Part shown: one piece after another, positions 28,784 through 41,666 of the stretch | Numbering within the stretch: position 1 is the stretch's first letter | Layout: each line of letters begins with the position of its first letter | Origin: an uncultured Spirochaetota bacterium | GTDB lineage: Bacteria > Spirochaetota > Spirochaetia > SZUA-6 > CAVTHK01 | NCBI GenBank assembly: GCA_963734495.1 | Contig: CAVTHK010000009.1 | Coordinates: 352,001 to 416,000 of the forward strand | Reading direction: 5' to 3' | Length of the DNA stretch: 64,000 nt | Translations under genes and position numbers: made by a program | Notes under the pieces: model-generated | Told to the model about the DNA's origin: nothing | The model's database searches: none | Seen by the model: only the letters and a program-made list of their open reading frames with translations

Positions 28784-30075
28784 GCAAGCCAATTATATCT
28801 GGATTCGTCTGGATCAAGGCTTCCAGGTAATGGGATTTCATCTGGCGAGAAGCCATGACTTGCTTGATGGGGGGCAGGCGCAGGATAACCCCCAGGATAG
28901 CCGCCATGGCGCGGTGATTCCACATGGCGTGCTGATCGAAAATCAGGTTCTGCAGATCGCCGCGTTCGACTGCCATGACAACTACCCGGTGGACAGAGTT
29001 GAGCGGAGTAAGCACTCTTTCAGGTCGTGGATTTCAAACTGATGCCGTGCGATGGACAGCTGCGTACACAAACACCGCATCCCAGGCACATTTCTTCATC
29101 AAGTTTGGCTTTTTTCCGGTTGGGATGGTGGGCATCATTGGCCGAGACCAGGGTCATCGCTTCGACCGGGCAGGCAGCCGCGCATTTTCCACAGCCATTG
29201 CAATCCGCATCGGAAATTTGCGGGATGAAATTGGTGGTATGGACCGGATGGAGAAGCCCAAAACGGCGTTGGGCGATCATCGCTTCACAGCAGCAACCGC
29301 AGCAGTTACAAATAAAATTGACACCCTGGCGGACATTTTCACCAAACTGCACCAGATTATTCTCAATTGCTTGCTGCAGCAAATCCAGGCCTTCCTGGAT
29401 ATCGACTGCGCGGGCAAATCCGTGCCGGATTAACGAATCGGCACTGCCATTAAAGGTCATGCAGATGTCCATCGGCGCTTTGCAGGCGCGGTCCATATGT
29501 TCCATTTTGTGGCGGCAGTAGCAGACACCAATGCCGCGATGAGTGGCGGAGCGAATCACTTCGCTGGATCGCTCATAATCTAACACATGCAGACTGTTCT
29601 CGGGAGTGAGCACCTGTTCGTTCACGAAGGTCCGGCCGAGTTGTGTTTCGCCGTTGGTGAACAGGCTGCGGATAAAATCCTCTTCAACATTCATATATTG
29701 ATAGAACAGCTCCCCCAATACTTTCTGATCGATATCACCGCGCAGCCGCATCATGGAAAATTCAAAGAAACCTGCCATGGGCGGGGGAAGGGTATAAGAG
29801 ATCTCGCCGTTTTGTTCGGCGTCCACCAGGATCGCCCGGCTGGCAAGCCCATCCAGCACATTCTGGGCTGCTAACAAATCAACCTGCCAGATCCTGGCTG
29901 CCTCGCGCGCGGTGAAGGGTTTGATCGGCAGCAGCGCCACCAGGCGAGCTTCCTTCTCGCTAAAGAGAATCTGTAAGATCTTATACAGGGTTTCCGATGG
30001 AGGAGCTCCCTGCGGAAAACGGTTCAGGCGGTCGATCAAAGCGGCATAACCGGATTTCATTACCTCGTGAGCCAT
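28755..30075 (-). CDS. 4Fe-4S dicluster domain-containing protein; frameshift near 29030
   Basis: CYCRH, ICNCCGCCC, CNGCGKCAAACP, CLGCGVCVRSCP. Confidence 0.85.
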
Positions 30076-30116
30076 ACAATATTCTCCAATGTAGGGGATT
30101 TAATGAAAATAGCAAT

Positions 30117-30813
30117 TCATGACCTCAGTGAATAATCCACTGCTGCCAGAGCATGAACGCGGGTGGTGTCAAAAACAGGCACCGGAGAGTCAGCCGGGCC
30201 GATTAACATGCCTATTTCTGTGCAACCTAAAATAATCCCTTGCGCGCCTTGATCCACCAGTTTCTGGATGATGTCGATGTAGACCTGGCGAGATTGAGGT
30301 CGGATGATTCCCTGGACCAATTCGTCATAAATCACCCGGTGGATAATCACGCGGTCCTCCGCAGGTGGAGTGAGGACGGATAAACCATATACATCACGCA
30401 GACGTCCCCTGGTAAAAATCCTGTTCCATGGTAAATCGAGTGCCCAACAAACCGATCTTCGTCAGACCTTGGGCGCAGATCATCTGAGCCGTGGCATCGG
30501 CAATATGTAAAAATGGCAGGGCGACTTCCTGCTGGATCGTGTCAGCAACGATGTGCATGGTATTTGTGCATAAAACGAGGCATTCAGCGCCTGCCCGTTG
30601 GCATTGCCGTCCGGCTGCGACCATCACCTTGCCGGCTTCTTGCCAACGATCTTCATGCTGCAGGGTCTCAATTTCGCTAAAATCGACGGATACCAGCACG
30701 CATTTTGCTGAATGGAAGCCCCCCAATCGCCGGTGGACTTCCTCGTTGATCAGTCGGTAATACTCAACCGTGGATTCCCAGCTCATTCCGCCAATCAGGC
30801 CAATCGTTTTCAT
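30117..30813 (-). CDS. Aspartate/glutamate racemase family protein; frameshifted
   Basis: GLIGGMSWEST, LCTNTMH, LLGTRFTM, ILGCTEI. Confidence 0.9.
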
Positions 30814-31446
30814 CCATCACTCCTTTCAACAGGTTTTTTCTCCAGGGGAGAAATAATGAACCGGCAGGCTGTTACCGGTGAATTCCGGATCAATGTGCTG
30901 GGTTGAATGCTGGCGTTCAAATTTGACTCAAGGATCGACGCGTCCATCGCACACAGTTCGGGATGGATTTGTATGATTTGACCATAAGGGCAATTGCGAA
31001 AGACTACTTGCGGCCCTTCGGCGTGAGCCTCCCAACGAGCCTGGTATTTTCTGGCCGATAATTCTTTCACCAAACGGTTCAGGCGCGCCGTGAGCGAGGA
31101 TGCGCCCGGCTGGATGAAGAGAATATGCCGACCGAGATCAACGAGTTCTTTCTATCGAAAGCGCGGATCCCGACGCCTCATTGACGAACAAGCGCAGCAT
31201 CGCATCTGCCAGCAGGGCCAGATTTTCAGGTTTTTCTTGGGTGGCAAGTGCGTAATAGGTTCTTGGCCTGCCGCGGTCGTGTTTATTTTTAGGGACACTC
31301 ACGGGTGTGATCACCCCAGCCAGCTCCATCCGTTTCAGATGGTATTGGATATTGGCGCGCGTGGTGGAAAGAAGCTGGCTCAGCTCTTCGGCGCTGGTAT
31401 AAGGATGATTTTCGAGGTAATCCAGAATTTCCTGGCGGGTGTTCAT
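30810..31446 (-). CDS. Winged-HTH transcriptional regulator with C-terminal cysteines (SufR-like); frameshifted
   Basis: NIQYHLKRME..GRPRTYY; C-terminal RNCPY..HPELCAMD...CRF. Confidence 0.7.
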
Positions 31447-31472
31447 TTAACTATTATATTCCGTAAGGCAGA

Positions 31473-31531
31473 TTTAGCAAGGAAAAATTTGCTAAAAGCG
31501 AACTTGACACCTGGTGGAGCGGTGCTACAAT
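31473..31531 (+). promoter_or_regulatory. Palindromic operator and nuoB promoter
   Basis: TTTAGCAA-N8-TTGCTAAA (31473-31496), then TTGACA-16 nt-TACAAT with TG extension. Confidence 0.6.
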
Positions 31532-31573
31532 TGGATCAACCCTACCGATCTAGACAAGAAAGGCGGTGCGACT

Positions 31574-32230
31574 GTGACCCCAGATGATTTGAACCTGCCA
31601 GGGGTTGATGTATCCCCAGAATTACGTCAACAAGTAACCCTCACCACACTGGACCGGATCTATAACTGGAGCCGGCGAAATTCTGTCTGGCCGATGATGT
31701 TCGGCCTGGCCTGCTGCGCGATCGAAATGATCTGCACGGCTGCCAGCCGCTATGATTTTTCTCGGTTTGGCATGGAAGTGATGCGACCCAGCCCGCGCCA
31801 GGCAGATGTGATGATCGTCTCTGGCACGGTGACCAAAGAAGATGATGCCGCAAATTGTGCGGCTTGTACAACCAGATGCGCGAGCCAAAATATGTGGTGG
31901 CGATGGGCGCCTGCGCTTCAGGCGGTGGACCATTTAAAGAAGGATATAACGTGGTTTCCGGGGTGGATAAATATATCCCGGTGGATGTTTATATACCGGG
32001 CTGCCCACCTACCCCCCAGTCGTTGCTCAACGGTTTGATTACCTTACAAAAGAAAATCGACACAGAAACGATTAAAAAGGTACGCTGGTATCAAAAGGGA
32101 CCTACTGGCGGATATTCCGGTTCCCGTATTAGGTCCCGATTTGATGGACCCAGCCAAATATGCCTTGATCAAGCAGGCTTCGGCAGCGAAAACCGAAGCT
32201 GTCATGACGATGAGACCGGAAAGGAATAGG
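31574..32230 (+). CDS. nuoB: NADH-quinone oxidoreductase subunit B; frameshifted
   Basis: [34 protein letters not shown]. Confidence 0.92.
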
Positions 32231-32233
32231 GCC

Positions 32234-33972
32234 ATGAGCGAGCAAACGATCTCTCCAGCGGTTGCGACCTGGTTACTCGATTCCCGGATTGGGTGCTGCC
32301 TGATAGCCGCCCGGTTATCAGGGCTATCTCGTGAAACCGCGAGCACCTGATAGAAGTTGCCCAGGCTGTGCGGGATGAATTGGGCTACGATTACCTTTCT
32401 TCCGTCACCGGGGTGGATTTCTTCCCGGCAGATCTGATGGAAGTGGTTTATCATGTCTATAAAACAACCGGTGGTCCGGCGCTGGTATTCAAAGCGCAAA
32501 CGAACCGCGCAAAGTCGTCAGTCCCATCCTTGGTATCGGTTTAGCCGGGGGCAGAATTCCAGGAGCGAGAAGCCTGGGATTTGCTGGGAATACACTTCGA
32601 TGGCCATCCTGACTTACGCCGGATCTTGATGTGGGAAGGCTTTGCCGGACATCCGCTGCGCAAGGATTGGAAAGAACCCTATTTTGAAGAGGAAGTCAAG
32701 CCTTTCAAAAGCCGCTGGCCGGATGGGCACGTTTCTCGCGTGGAAGACAAAAATCCATTTGGCGACAATATCCAATATCCGAGGATTTCGATCCGCAGGA
32801 TTGGGTGACCGATCCGGACCAATCTCTGTATGACCTGCTCAAGAAATACCTAGCAGACAGAAGGAGATATTAAAACCGACCGGATAATTGTCAATCTGGG
32901 CCCACAGCATCCATCGACCCACGGTGTCTTCCGCATGGTGGTGGTGATGGAAGGGGAGACGATCGTCGAGCTCAAGCCGGTGATGGGATATCTGCACCGC
33001 AACCATGAAAAGATCGGCGAACGCAATACCTTATCTGCAGAATATGCCCTTTACCGACCGCCTGGATTACATCTCTTCGATGAGCAATAACTTCGGTTAT
33101 GTGCTGGCGGTTGAAAAACTGATGAATATCAAACCGCCAGAACGGGCGGAATATATTCGGGTGATGATGGCAGAGTTTACCCGGATCAGCAGCCATATCA
33201 TGTCGATCGGTTTCTTGCTGAATGATCTGGGCGCTTTCTTTACCCCGGTCTTGTATGCACTCGAAGAACGGGAATTGATCCTGGATATCTTCGAAGCCGT
33301 CTCCGGTTCGCGGATGATGTGCAATTATTTCCGCTTTGGTGGGGTGGCCCGTGATCTGCCGAAGGGGTTCTCGCCAAGGCGAAAGAACTGGTCTTCGATC
33401 GACTGCCGCGCAAGATCGATGAGCTGGATACCTACCTGACCGAGAATGAAATTGTGCGCACTCGCTGTGAGGATGTGGGTATTTTGACCGCTGAGCAGGC
33501 AATTGCCTTTTCCTGCGCCGGGCCCATGCTGCGCGCATCGGGCGTGCCTTACGATGTACGCCGGGCAGATCCATACAGTATTTATGACCGGCTGGATTTT
33601 GATGTGATCACCGGCACCAAGGCGATGTTTACGACCGGTACCTGGTGCGGATGGAGGAAATCCGCCAAAGTATCGAAGATTCTGAAACAAGTGCGTGCGC
33701 GATATTCCGGACGGCCCGATTCTGACCGGAAAACCGCCTTACCAGGTGCGTGTCCCGGCAGGCGAATCCTATGGACGGGTGGAAGGACCAAAAGGCGAAT
33801 TGGGCTTTTATGTGATTTCCAACGGAAAACCCAATCCGGTACGCTACCATGTGCGCGCGCCTTCGTTTATCAACCTGACCAGCCTGGCCGAATGTGCCGC
33901 GGTGGTAAGGTCGCGGATGTGGTGGTTGTCCTGGGTTCGATCGATATCGTCCTGGGCGAAGTCGACCGGTAA
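32234..33972 (+). CDS. nuoCD: NADH-quinone oxidoreductase subunit C/D (probably fused); multiple frameshifts
   Basis: [56 protein letters not shown]; no separate start seen between C and D parts. Confidence 0.85.
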
Positions 33973-33993
33973 GCGGCGGAAGGGAGCACAAGA

Positions 33994-34616
33994 ATGGACG
34001 GTTTTGGGATCATCAAAGGTCTGGGTGTTACGTTACGCACTTTCTCAACACCTATCTGGAAGATCTGCGCATGGGCAGAAAGCGTTACAATACCCGCAAG
34101 GGATCGATTTTCGCAGCAGCGTGAGACGTGACAAGGGATTTTCACCATCCAATATCCGGAAGAAAAGATGCCCATCCCGGAGGAATTTCGTTTTATCCCA
34201 TTCCTGGTGTATGAACGAGGGCCAAATGGAGAGAAGAACCAACGCTGCACCTCCTGCGGGATTTGCGCCAAGGTTTGCCCGCCGCAGTGCATCTGGATTT
34301 TCCGAGCCAACGATCCGGTGACCGGGCGGCCGGTTCCATCGCCGGCGGAGTTCTACATCGATATGGATATCTGCATGAACTGCGGCATGTGCGCGGAATA
34401 CTGTCCTTTGATGCGATCAAGATGGATCACGATTATGAGATCGCTTCTTACGACCGGCTGACTCACAATATTTATGATATGGATAAGTTATCCAAACCCG
34501 TTTCTTATTACGCCCAGATCCGGCCGGTGAATTATAAACGGGAAGAAACCGCCCGAGCCGAAAAAGAAGCGGCCAAAGCGGCTGGCAAGCGGGCCGGTTC
34601 AGAAACAGCGGTATAG
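33994..34616 (+). CDS. nuoI: NADH-quinone oxidoreductase subunit I; frameshifted
   Basis: [31 protein letters not shown]. Confidence 0.85.
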
Positions 34617-34627
34617 CAGGAAAATCG

Positions 34628-34965
34628 ATGTATAATTCGGACACTGAATTGTTGTTTCCACTACGGGTTGTTCCAGCCCTGGCAGCCATGCGCGGACGCT
34701 GAATTTCAAAGTGCTGTTGGACCAGGTGTCCGCGCACCTCAGGCTGGGCTAGCTGACCAGATGGCTTTTGTGTTGATGATGGTTCGACTGGATGGCTGCG
34801 TGGGCTGCAATGCGGATTCGTTCCGCGCGATGAAAGGATGCACGCAGTGCGCCCGGCAGAATATCAAACGTTTCCGCGGCAGCGATGCGGAACTGGTTGA
34901 ACTGTACCAACAGACCCGTAAGGAAGTTGGAACTGTACCTGGAAAAGAAAAACCAGGCCATTTAA
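34628..34965 (+). CDS. Hypothetical protein with two CxxC motifs; frameshifted
   Basis: MYNSDTELLFP...AFVLMMVRLDGCVGCNADSFRAMKGCTQCA. Confidence 0.55.
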
Positions 34966-34990
34966 TGTTATTGGGTAAGAAAGGGTTGTA

Positions 34991-36066
34991 ATGGGTAATT
35001 TAATCAATCAGCCGGGAATCCATCCTGGCAGCCCTATCCAAAGTGCAGGAACCTGAATTACATCAAGATCTCGTCACCTTGAACATGATCCAGAATCTTG
35101 AAATCCAGGGCGGAAATGTCAGTTTTACGATCCAGCTGACCACCCCGGCCTGTCCGCTGCGCGGCAGGATCGAAAAAGAAGCCCGGCAGGCGGTTATGGC
35201 TGTGCCGGGTGTCGAAAATGTCGGGTCAAAATGGATGCTAACGTGCGCTCAGATGGCCGCCCGCGCGGATTGTTGAAACTGCCGGTGCGCAACGCCGTCG
35301 CGATTGCATCCGGTAAAGGCGGGGTGGGAAAAGCACCGTCGCGGTCAACGTGGCGGTCGCCCTGGCGCAGAGCGGCGCCACGGTGGGGCTACTGGACGCC
35401 GATATCTACGGGCCCAATGTGCCGACGATGATGGGCGTCGAGCCGTCTGCCTTGCCTGAAGATAATAAGCTGATCCCAGCCGAAGCCTTATGGCGTGAAG
35501 TTGATGTCGATCGGTTTTCTGGTGAAACCCGGACAGCCGTTGATCTGGCGCGGACCGATGCTGCATTCAGCCATCCGCCAGTTCCTGGCAGATGTGCGCT
35601 GGGGCGAGCTGGATTACCTGATCATCGACCTGCCGCCGGGTACCGGCGATGCCCAGCTCAGCCTGGCGCAGTCGGTCCCATTCAGCGGCGGGGTGATCGT
35701 CACCTTGCCCCAGCAGGTTTCGCTGGAAGATGCCACCCGCGGGCTGGAAATGTTCCGCCAGCTGAACGTGCCGATCCTGGGGGTGGTTGAAAACATGAGC
35801 TATCTCGAACTGCCGGACGGCACCCGCATGGATGTGTTTGGCAACGGCGGCGGTGAACGCATGGCGCTGAAGCGGGCGTGCCCTTTATCGGGGCAATCCC
35901 GATGGATCCAGCCGTGCGGGTCGGCGGAGATGAGGGCGTCCCGATCGTGGTCAGCGCAGCCCGACTCTGCCGCCGCCAGGGCACTGGTTGCTGTGCACAA
36001 GATATCGCTGCAAAGCTGAGCGTGGCCGCTTTCAAGGCAGCTCAGGCATACCGATTAATATCATAG
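34991..36066 (+). CDS. mrp: Mrp/NBP35 iron-sulfur cluster carrier ATPase; frameshifted
   Basis: [43 protein letters not shown]. Confidence 0.9.
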
Positions 36067-36067
36067 G

Positions 36068-36955
36068 ATGAATGTGATGATACCTGGAGACTCAACCCAA
36101 TGTCGTAGGGGTTCGGTTCTCGAAGATTGGCAAGGTCTATCATTTTGACGCGGGCAAGCTGCGCGATCTGCGAACATGGCGATTCGGTCATCGTGGAAAC
36201 CAGCCGCGGCTGGCAGTTGGGCCAGGTGGCCCAGGTGGTTGAACACCCAACGCCGCCTCCGGAAGGAGCTGGAAACCGATCGACCGGCGCGCAACCCCGC
36301 GCGACCTGCTGCTGCGCCAGATCTGGCAGCGCCGGGAAGCGGACGTGGTGATTATCTGCAAACAGCAAGCCAACCAAATCGGGCTGGTCGGGGATCAAAA
36401 TCATCGCGGCTGAATACAGCTTTGACGGTTCGCGGCTGGCGATCATGTTCAGCAGCGAGAACCGAGGATAAGGTCGATCTAAAATCGCTGCGTTCCGACA
36501 TGCAGAAGCAATTTGCCCCATCCCAGGTCGAAATGCGCCAGATCGGCCCGCGCGATGTGGCCAAAATGATGGGCGGGATGGGCGCCTGCGGCCTGGAAAT
36601 GCGCTGCTGTTCGCAATTCCTGACCGATTTCAGCTCGATCTCGATCAACATGGCCAAAGAGCAGGGCATTTCTCTGACCCCGACCGAAATCACCGGGATG
36701 TGCGGACGGCTGCGCTGCTGCCTGATTTATGAATACGATCAATACGTCGAGGCGCGCCAGCAACTGCCCAAGCGGAACAAGCGGGTGAAGACACCCCAGG
36801 GTGAAGGCAAAGTCGTGGATGTATTCCCTTTACGCCAGGGGGTGCTGGTTGATCTGCCTGAAATTGGCTACCGTGAATTTACCAAGGAAGAGATTGAACC
36901 GGCCGATGAACTGGATAACCTGATGAAAAAAGCCCAGGCGCCATGCGGCAGATGA
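36068..36955 (+). CDS. PSP1/RicT (YaaT) family protein; frameshifted
   Basis: VIVETSRG, MRQIGPRDVAK..GGMGACG..CC, MAKEQ, ITGMCGRLRCCL.YE. Confidence 0.85.
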
Positions 36956-37012
36956 TCCTAACTGCGCAGGATGCAACGATTCAGAGAAGAAAGGGAACGG
37001 AATAATATTCGT

Positions 37013-37738
37013 ATGGCTGAGACGATTGAAAATTGGGAAGGGAAGAAGAAGATCCTGGTCATCCTGGCTCATCCGGATGACCCGGAATTTTTTTGTGGAG
37101 CGACCATCCGGCGTTGGACCCAGCAGGGCCACGAGGTGCGCTACTGCCTGCTGACCCGCGGCGATAAAGGCTCGAATGACCGAAATGTGCGCTCGTTTGA
37201 CCTGGCGCTGCAGCGCGAAGGAGAACAAGAAGCGGCTGCCAGGGAAGTCGGGGTGAAATCGGTGCGCTTTCTTGATTATGAAGATGGCTGCCTGGTTCCA
37301 ACCATGGAAACGCGCAAACGGGTTACCCGGATTATCCGCGAGGAACGTCCGGATATCGTGGTATCTTGCGATCCGACGAACATCTTCCCAAATGAGGCTT
37401 CGATCAACCATCCGGATCACCGGGCAGCCGGACAGATCGTGGTGGATGCGATTTTCCCGGCGACCGGAAATCCGCTTTATTTTCCGGAGCTTCTATTGGA
37501 AGGCCTGGAACCGCATTCGGTGAAGGAAGTCTGGTTGTCGGTTACCTCGCAGCCCAACGTGGTGATCGATGTCACCACGACCTGGGAGGACAAAATCCGG
37601 GCACTGAAGCAGCACCACAGCCAGATCGGCGAGCCGGCGAAATTGGAAGAACGGATGCGCGGTCGATGGGCGCCCGACAGCACCCCTGAAGCCCCGCGTT
37701 ACGAAGAAAAATTCAGACGGTTCGTTTTCGGACGGTAG
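37013..37738 (+). CDS. PIG-L family deacetylase
   Basis: AHPDD, TRGDKG, NHPDH. Confidence 0.9.
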   Translation: MAETIENWEGKKKILVILAHPDDPEFFCGATIRRWTQQGHEVRYCLLTRGDKGSNDRNVRSFDLALQREGEQEAAAREVGVKSVRFLDYEDGCLVPTMETRKRVTRIIREERPDIVVSCDPTNIFPNEASINHPDHRAAGQIVVDAIFPATGNPLYFPELLLEGLEPHSVKEVWLSVTSQPNVVIDVTTTWEDKIRALKQHHSQIGEPAKLEERMRGRWAPDSTPEAPRYEEKFRRFVFGR

Positions 37739-37740
37739 GA

Positions 37741-38927
37741 ATGGCTGATTTTCTGGCTAGAAGCCAGGAATCTTTTCGACTACAGCCAGGCCATGCGGCG
37801 AGATTTGCACCGCCATCCGGAACTGGGTTTCCAGGAAATTCGCACGGCTGGAATCATCGCGCGCGAGCTGAAGGAATTGGGCCTGGAAGTGACCACCGGG
37901 GTGGCAGAAACAGGGGTGGTGGCTATATTGGAAGGGGATGCCACCGGTCCCACCCTTTTACTCCGTTTTGATATGGATGCCCTGCCGGTTCAGGAAGAAA
38001 CCGGGAAAGATTATGCTTCTACCGAAGCAGGACGGATGCACGCCTGTGGTCATGACGGTCATGTAGCCGTTGGCTTGACAGCAGCACGCCTGCTAAATGC
38101 GCAGCGCAGAGGACTTCACGGGCGGGTCAAGCTGGTATTTCAACCGGCGGAGGAAGGTCTGGGCGGTGCGGAAAGAATGATCGCGGCCGGTGTTTTGACA
38201 GAATCCCACCCCGGTGCATACCCTGGCACTGCACATCTGGAATGACCTGCCGATCGGAACGATCGCGATTGTCCCCGGTCCCTTTATGGCAGGATGCGAG
38301 AGATTTGTAATCAAGCTGACCGGACGCGGTGGGCATGGCGCTCTGCCCCACCAGACGATCGATCCGGTTGCAGCCGCGGCCCAGGTCATCAGCGCCCTGC
38401 AGACGGTGGTATCGCGTAATGTATCTCCACTGCAGGCGCAGTGATCAGCGTTACCCAGGTCAAGGCCGGTGAAGCACACAATGTCATCCCTCAAACCGCG
38501 GAACTGCCGGAACGATTCGCACTTTCGAACCGGAAGTGCGCGAAACTGGTGCTCAAACGCTTTCGCCAGGTGGTGATGGGAGTGTCAGACGCGATGGGCT
38601 GCCAGGTCGAAATTCGACTTGCGCCGGCTGACCCCGCCGGTGATCAACGACCCGCAGTTTGCGCGACAGCTGGGGGAAAACGTGCGCCAGGCACTGCCTG
38701 AGATCCGGCTGGATACCACCTTCCGGACCATGGTTTCGGAAGATATGGCATTTATGATGGAACAGGTGCCGGGCTGTTACATGCTGGTGGGTGGCGCCAA
38801 CCCGGCGCGACCAGTCTGGATTTTCCCCATCATCATCCGAAATTTGATTTTGATGAACAGGCCCTGATCTGGGCTTCGGCGTTGATGGCGATCCTGACTG
38901 CTGAAATCTTGACTGAATATTGTTTTA
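37741..38927 (+). CDS. M20 family amidohydrolase; frameshifted
   Basis: LHRHPELGFQE, RFDMDALP, MHACGHDGH, FQPAEE, SEDM. Confidence 0.9.
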
Positions 38928-38988
38928 GAGGCCGTGAAGGTGATGGGGTATCCCCCGGCTTTATTCCGTTCTTGGAGAATTCACAAAA

Positions 38989-39017
38989 TTGACAGACCCG
39001 CTGGAAAGTGATATACT
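38989..39017 (+). promoter_or_regulatory. Consensus-like sigma70 promoter for the GntR-korAB operon
   Basis: TTGACA-17 nt-TATACT with TG extension. Confidence 0.75.
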
Positions 39018-39066
39018 CTTATTATCCGAATAATCTGATTAATAGTATTTATTCAGTCGGTCAGCC

Positions 39067-39765
39067 ATGCAAATCAAACATCTTCCCGACCAACTCTCCA
39101 ACTTCTTACGCTTTCTCGCCACGCAATTCCTGTGACAGCGAGCGGGTGCCGCCGTTGACCGAGCTCTCGCCAGACGTTAGGCGTCAGCGTCGCCAGCCTG
39201 CGGGAGCAGCTGGAGGTGGCCCGGGCGCTCGGCTGGGTGGAGGTGACGTCCAAAAACAGGAATTCGCCGGCTGCCATTTTCTTTCCGACCGGCGGTTGAA
39301 CAAGGCCTGGCTTACGCGATCGCGGTCGATCCGAAGTATTTCACCCTGTATTCCGATTTTCGCCGGCATGTCGAGACCGCTTATTGGTTCGATGCCGTGG
39401 TCTTATTAGAAGAAATTGACCGGCAGGAATTGAAGACTCTGGTGGCTCGCGCACTGCAAAAGCTGCAGCGAACACCGGTTCAAATTCCACACCAGGAACA
39501 CCGCGATCTTCACCTGATCATTTACCGCCGGCTGGATAATCCCTTTGTGATGGGCGTCATGGAAGCCTACTGGGATTTATACGAAGCCGTCGGGCTGGAT
39601 GTGTACACTGACCTGGATTACCTGCAGCGGGTGTGGGCCTATCACGAGAAAATGGTCAATGAAATTTGTGAAGGCAGCTATGAAGCCGGATACCAGTCTC
39701 TGATTGAGCATATGGATTTATTGAACCAGCGATCCAGGATTTCGCAAACGCAATTATTTGAATAA
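39067..39765 (+). CDS. GntR/FadR-family regulator (FCD domain); frameshifted
   Basis: PPLTELS..GVSVASLREQLEVARALG, EHRDLH, HEKMV..I. Confidence 0.7.
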
Positions 39766-39806
39766 GCCTCAACATCTTTCGTAAACGCTACTGCAAAGGA
39801 GTATCT

Positions 39807-41666
39807 ATGTTTCCTTCCAATGCCACCCTTTCATTGGGCGAAGAAGTAAGCCAGGATCGCAGTCGTCAACGATTTTGTGCTCACCTGCAGTACGATCAAC
39901 GGCTCAGGCAGCGCCACAGCCAATACGACCTTGCTGCGAGCCCTTTTTCGCATGGGCATCCCGGTCTCGGGAAAAAACATCTTCCCATCCAATATCCAGG
40001 GGCTGCCTACCTGGTATTCCATCCGGCTGAGTAAAGATGGTTATCTGGCTCGCAAGGAAAAAGATGACATCGTGGTCGCGATGAACCCTGCCACGTTCCT
40101 CAAAGAACAGGAGTATCCTGGTTCCAGGCGGGGTATTGTTCTACGCAGACGATCTCAAAGGGACGATCACGCGCGAAGATATTATTACTTATCCGATGCC
40201 GGTCAAACGACTGGTGAAAGAAGCGGATGCCCCCGCCAAATCTGCGCGATTACCTGGCCAATATGGTGTATGTGGGGGTGGTATCGCCAAATGATTGGGG
40301 TGAAGCTGGAGACGATTTACGAGGCTTTGGATTTCCACTTCAAGGGAAAGAAGAAAGCGATCGATTCCAACTTTGGCGTGGTCAAAGCCGCCGCGGATTG
40401 GGCAGCCGCCAACCTGGTGAAGAAAGATCCTTACTGGGCCGAACCGATGCACGGCACCGAAGGCTTTATCATGGCGGATGGCAACACTGCCGGGGCCTTG
40501 GGCGCGATTTATGGCGGCGTGCAATTTGCTGCCTGGTATCCGATCACGCCCGCCTCCAGCCTGGCGGAATCGCTGCATGAGTATATCTCCGATCTGCGCA
40601 CAGGATCCTCAAACCGGCAAAGAGACCTACGCGATCGTCCAGGCCGAAGATGAGCTGGCCGCGGTCGGTATGGCGGTGGGCGCGGGTTGGAGCGGGCTGC
40701 GCTCGATGACCTCCACTTCCGGGCCGGGGATCAGCCTGATGTCGGAATACCTGGGCCTGGCTTATTTTGCCGAGGTACCGGTGGTGGTCTGGGATGTGCA
40801 GCGGGTTGGGCCAAGCACCGGCCTGCCGACCCGCACATCGCAGGGCGACCTGACCCAGGCCTATTTCCAGAGCCATGGCGACATTAATTTCATCATTCTG
40901 CTGCCGGGTTCGGTAACGAATGTTTTGAATTCGGCTGGAAAGCACTTGACATTGCGGAGCGTTACCAGACCCCGGTGATGGTATTGAGCGATCTGGATCT
41001 GGGGATGAACCAGTGGATGACGCAGAAAGTTTGAATATCCGGACACACCGATCGATCGCGGAAAAATTCTTTGGGAAGAAGATCTGGAAAAACTGCTCGC
41101 GGAGCGAAATGGCGATTGGGGCCGTTACCTGGATATCGATGGCGACGGCATTCCTTACCGCACCGTGCCGGGGAACCAGCATCCACGCAGCGCTTATTTC
41201 ACCCGCGGCACCGGACACGATGAATACGCACGCTACACCGAAGAACCTGATGTCTGGGAGAAATTCTTAACCCGGCTGGCAAAGAAAGTGACCCTGTTCG
41301 AAGAATGCTCTACCCAAACCGGTAATCCAACGCATGGACGGGGCCAAGTTTGGGATTATCTCGATGGGATCGGCGGATCCCGCGGTCGTCGAAGCGCGCG
41401 ACCAGCTGAAAGCCCAGGGCATTCCGACCGATTACATGCGGATGCGGGCGATCCCCTTCTCGGACGAGGTGGTCGATTTCATTCGCGCACACGACCAGTC
41501 TTATGTGGTCGAACTCAATCGCGATGGACAGCTGCGCCAACTGCTGACGCTTGAGACGCCTGAACTGGCTACCCGCCTGCGCAAGGCATCCCACCTGGAT
41601 GGATTGGCCCTTTCTGCAAAATGGGTCCGGGAATGCATCCTGGCCCAGGAGGTAAAGGAAAAATGA
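39807..41666 (+). CDS. korA: 2-oxoacid:ferredoxin oxidoreductase subunit alpha; frameshifted
   Basis: NGSGSATAN, FPSNIQG, WYPITPASS, QAEDELAA, TSGPG, RVGPSTGLPT, VELNRDGQL. Confidence 0.9.

Noticed and set aside
31574-34616. Group 4 NiFe hydrogenase
   Set aside because: Large subunit lacks the Ni-binding CxxC motifs and has NuoD signatures ([14 protein letters not shown])
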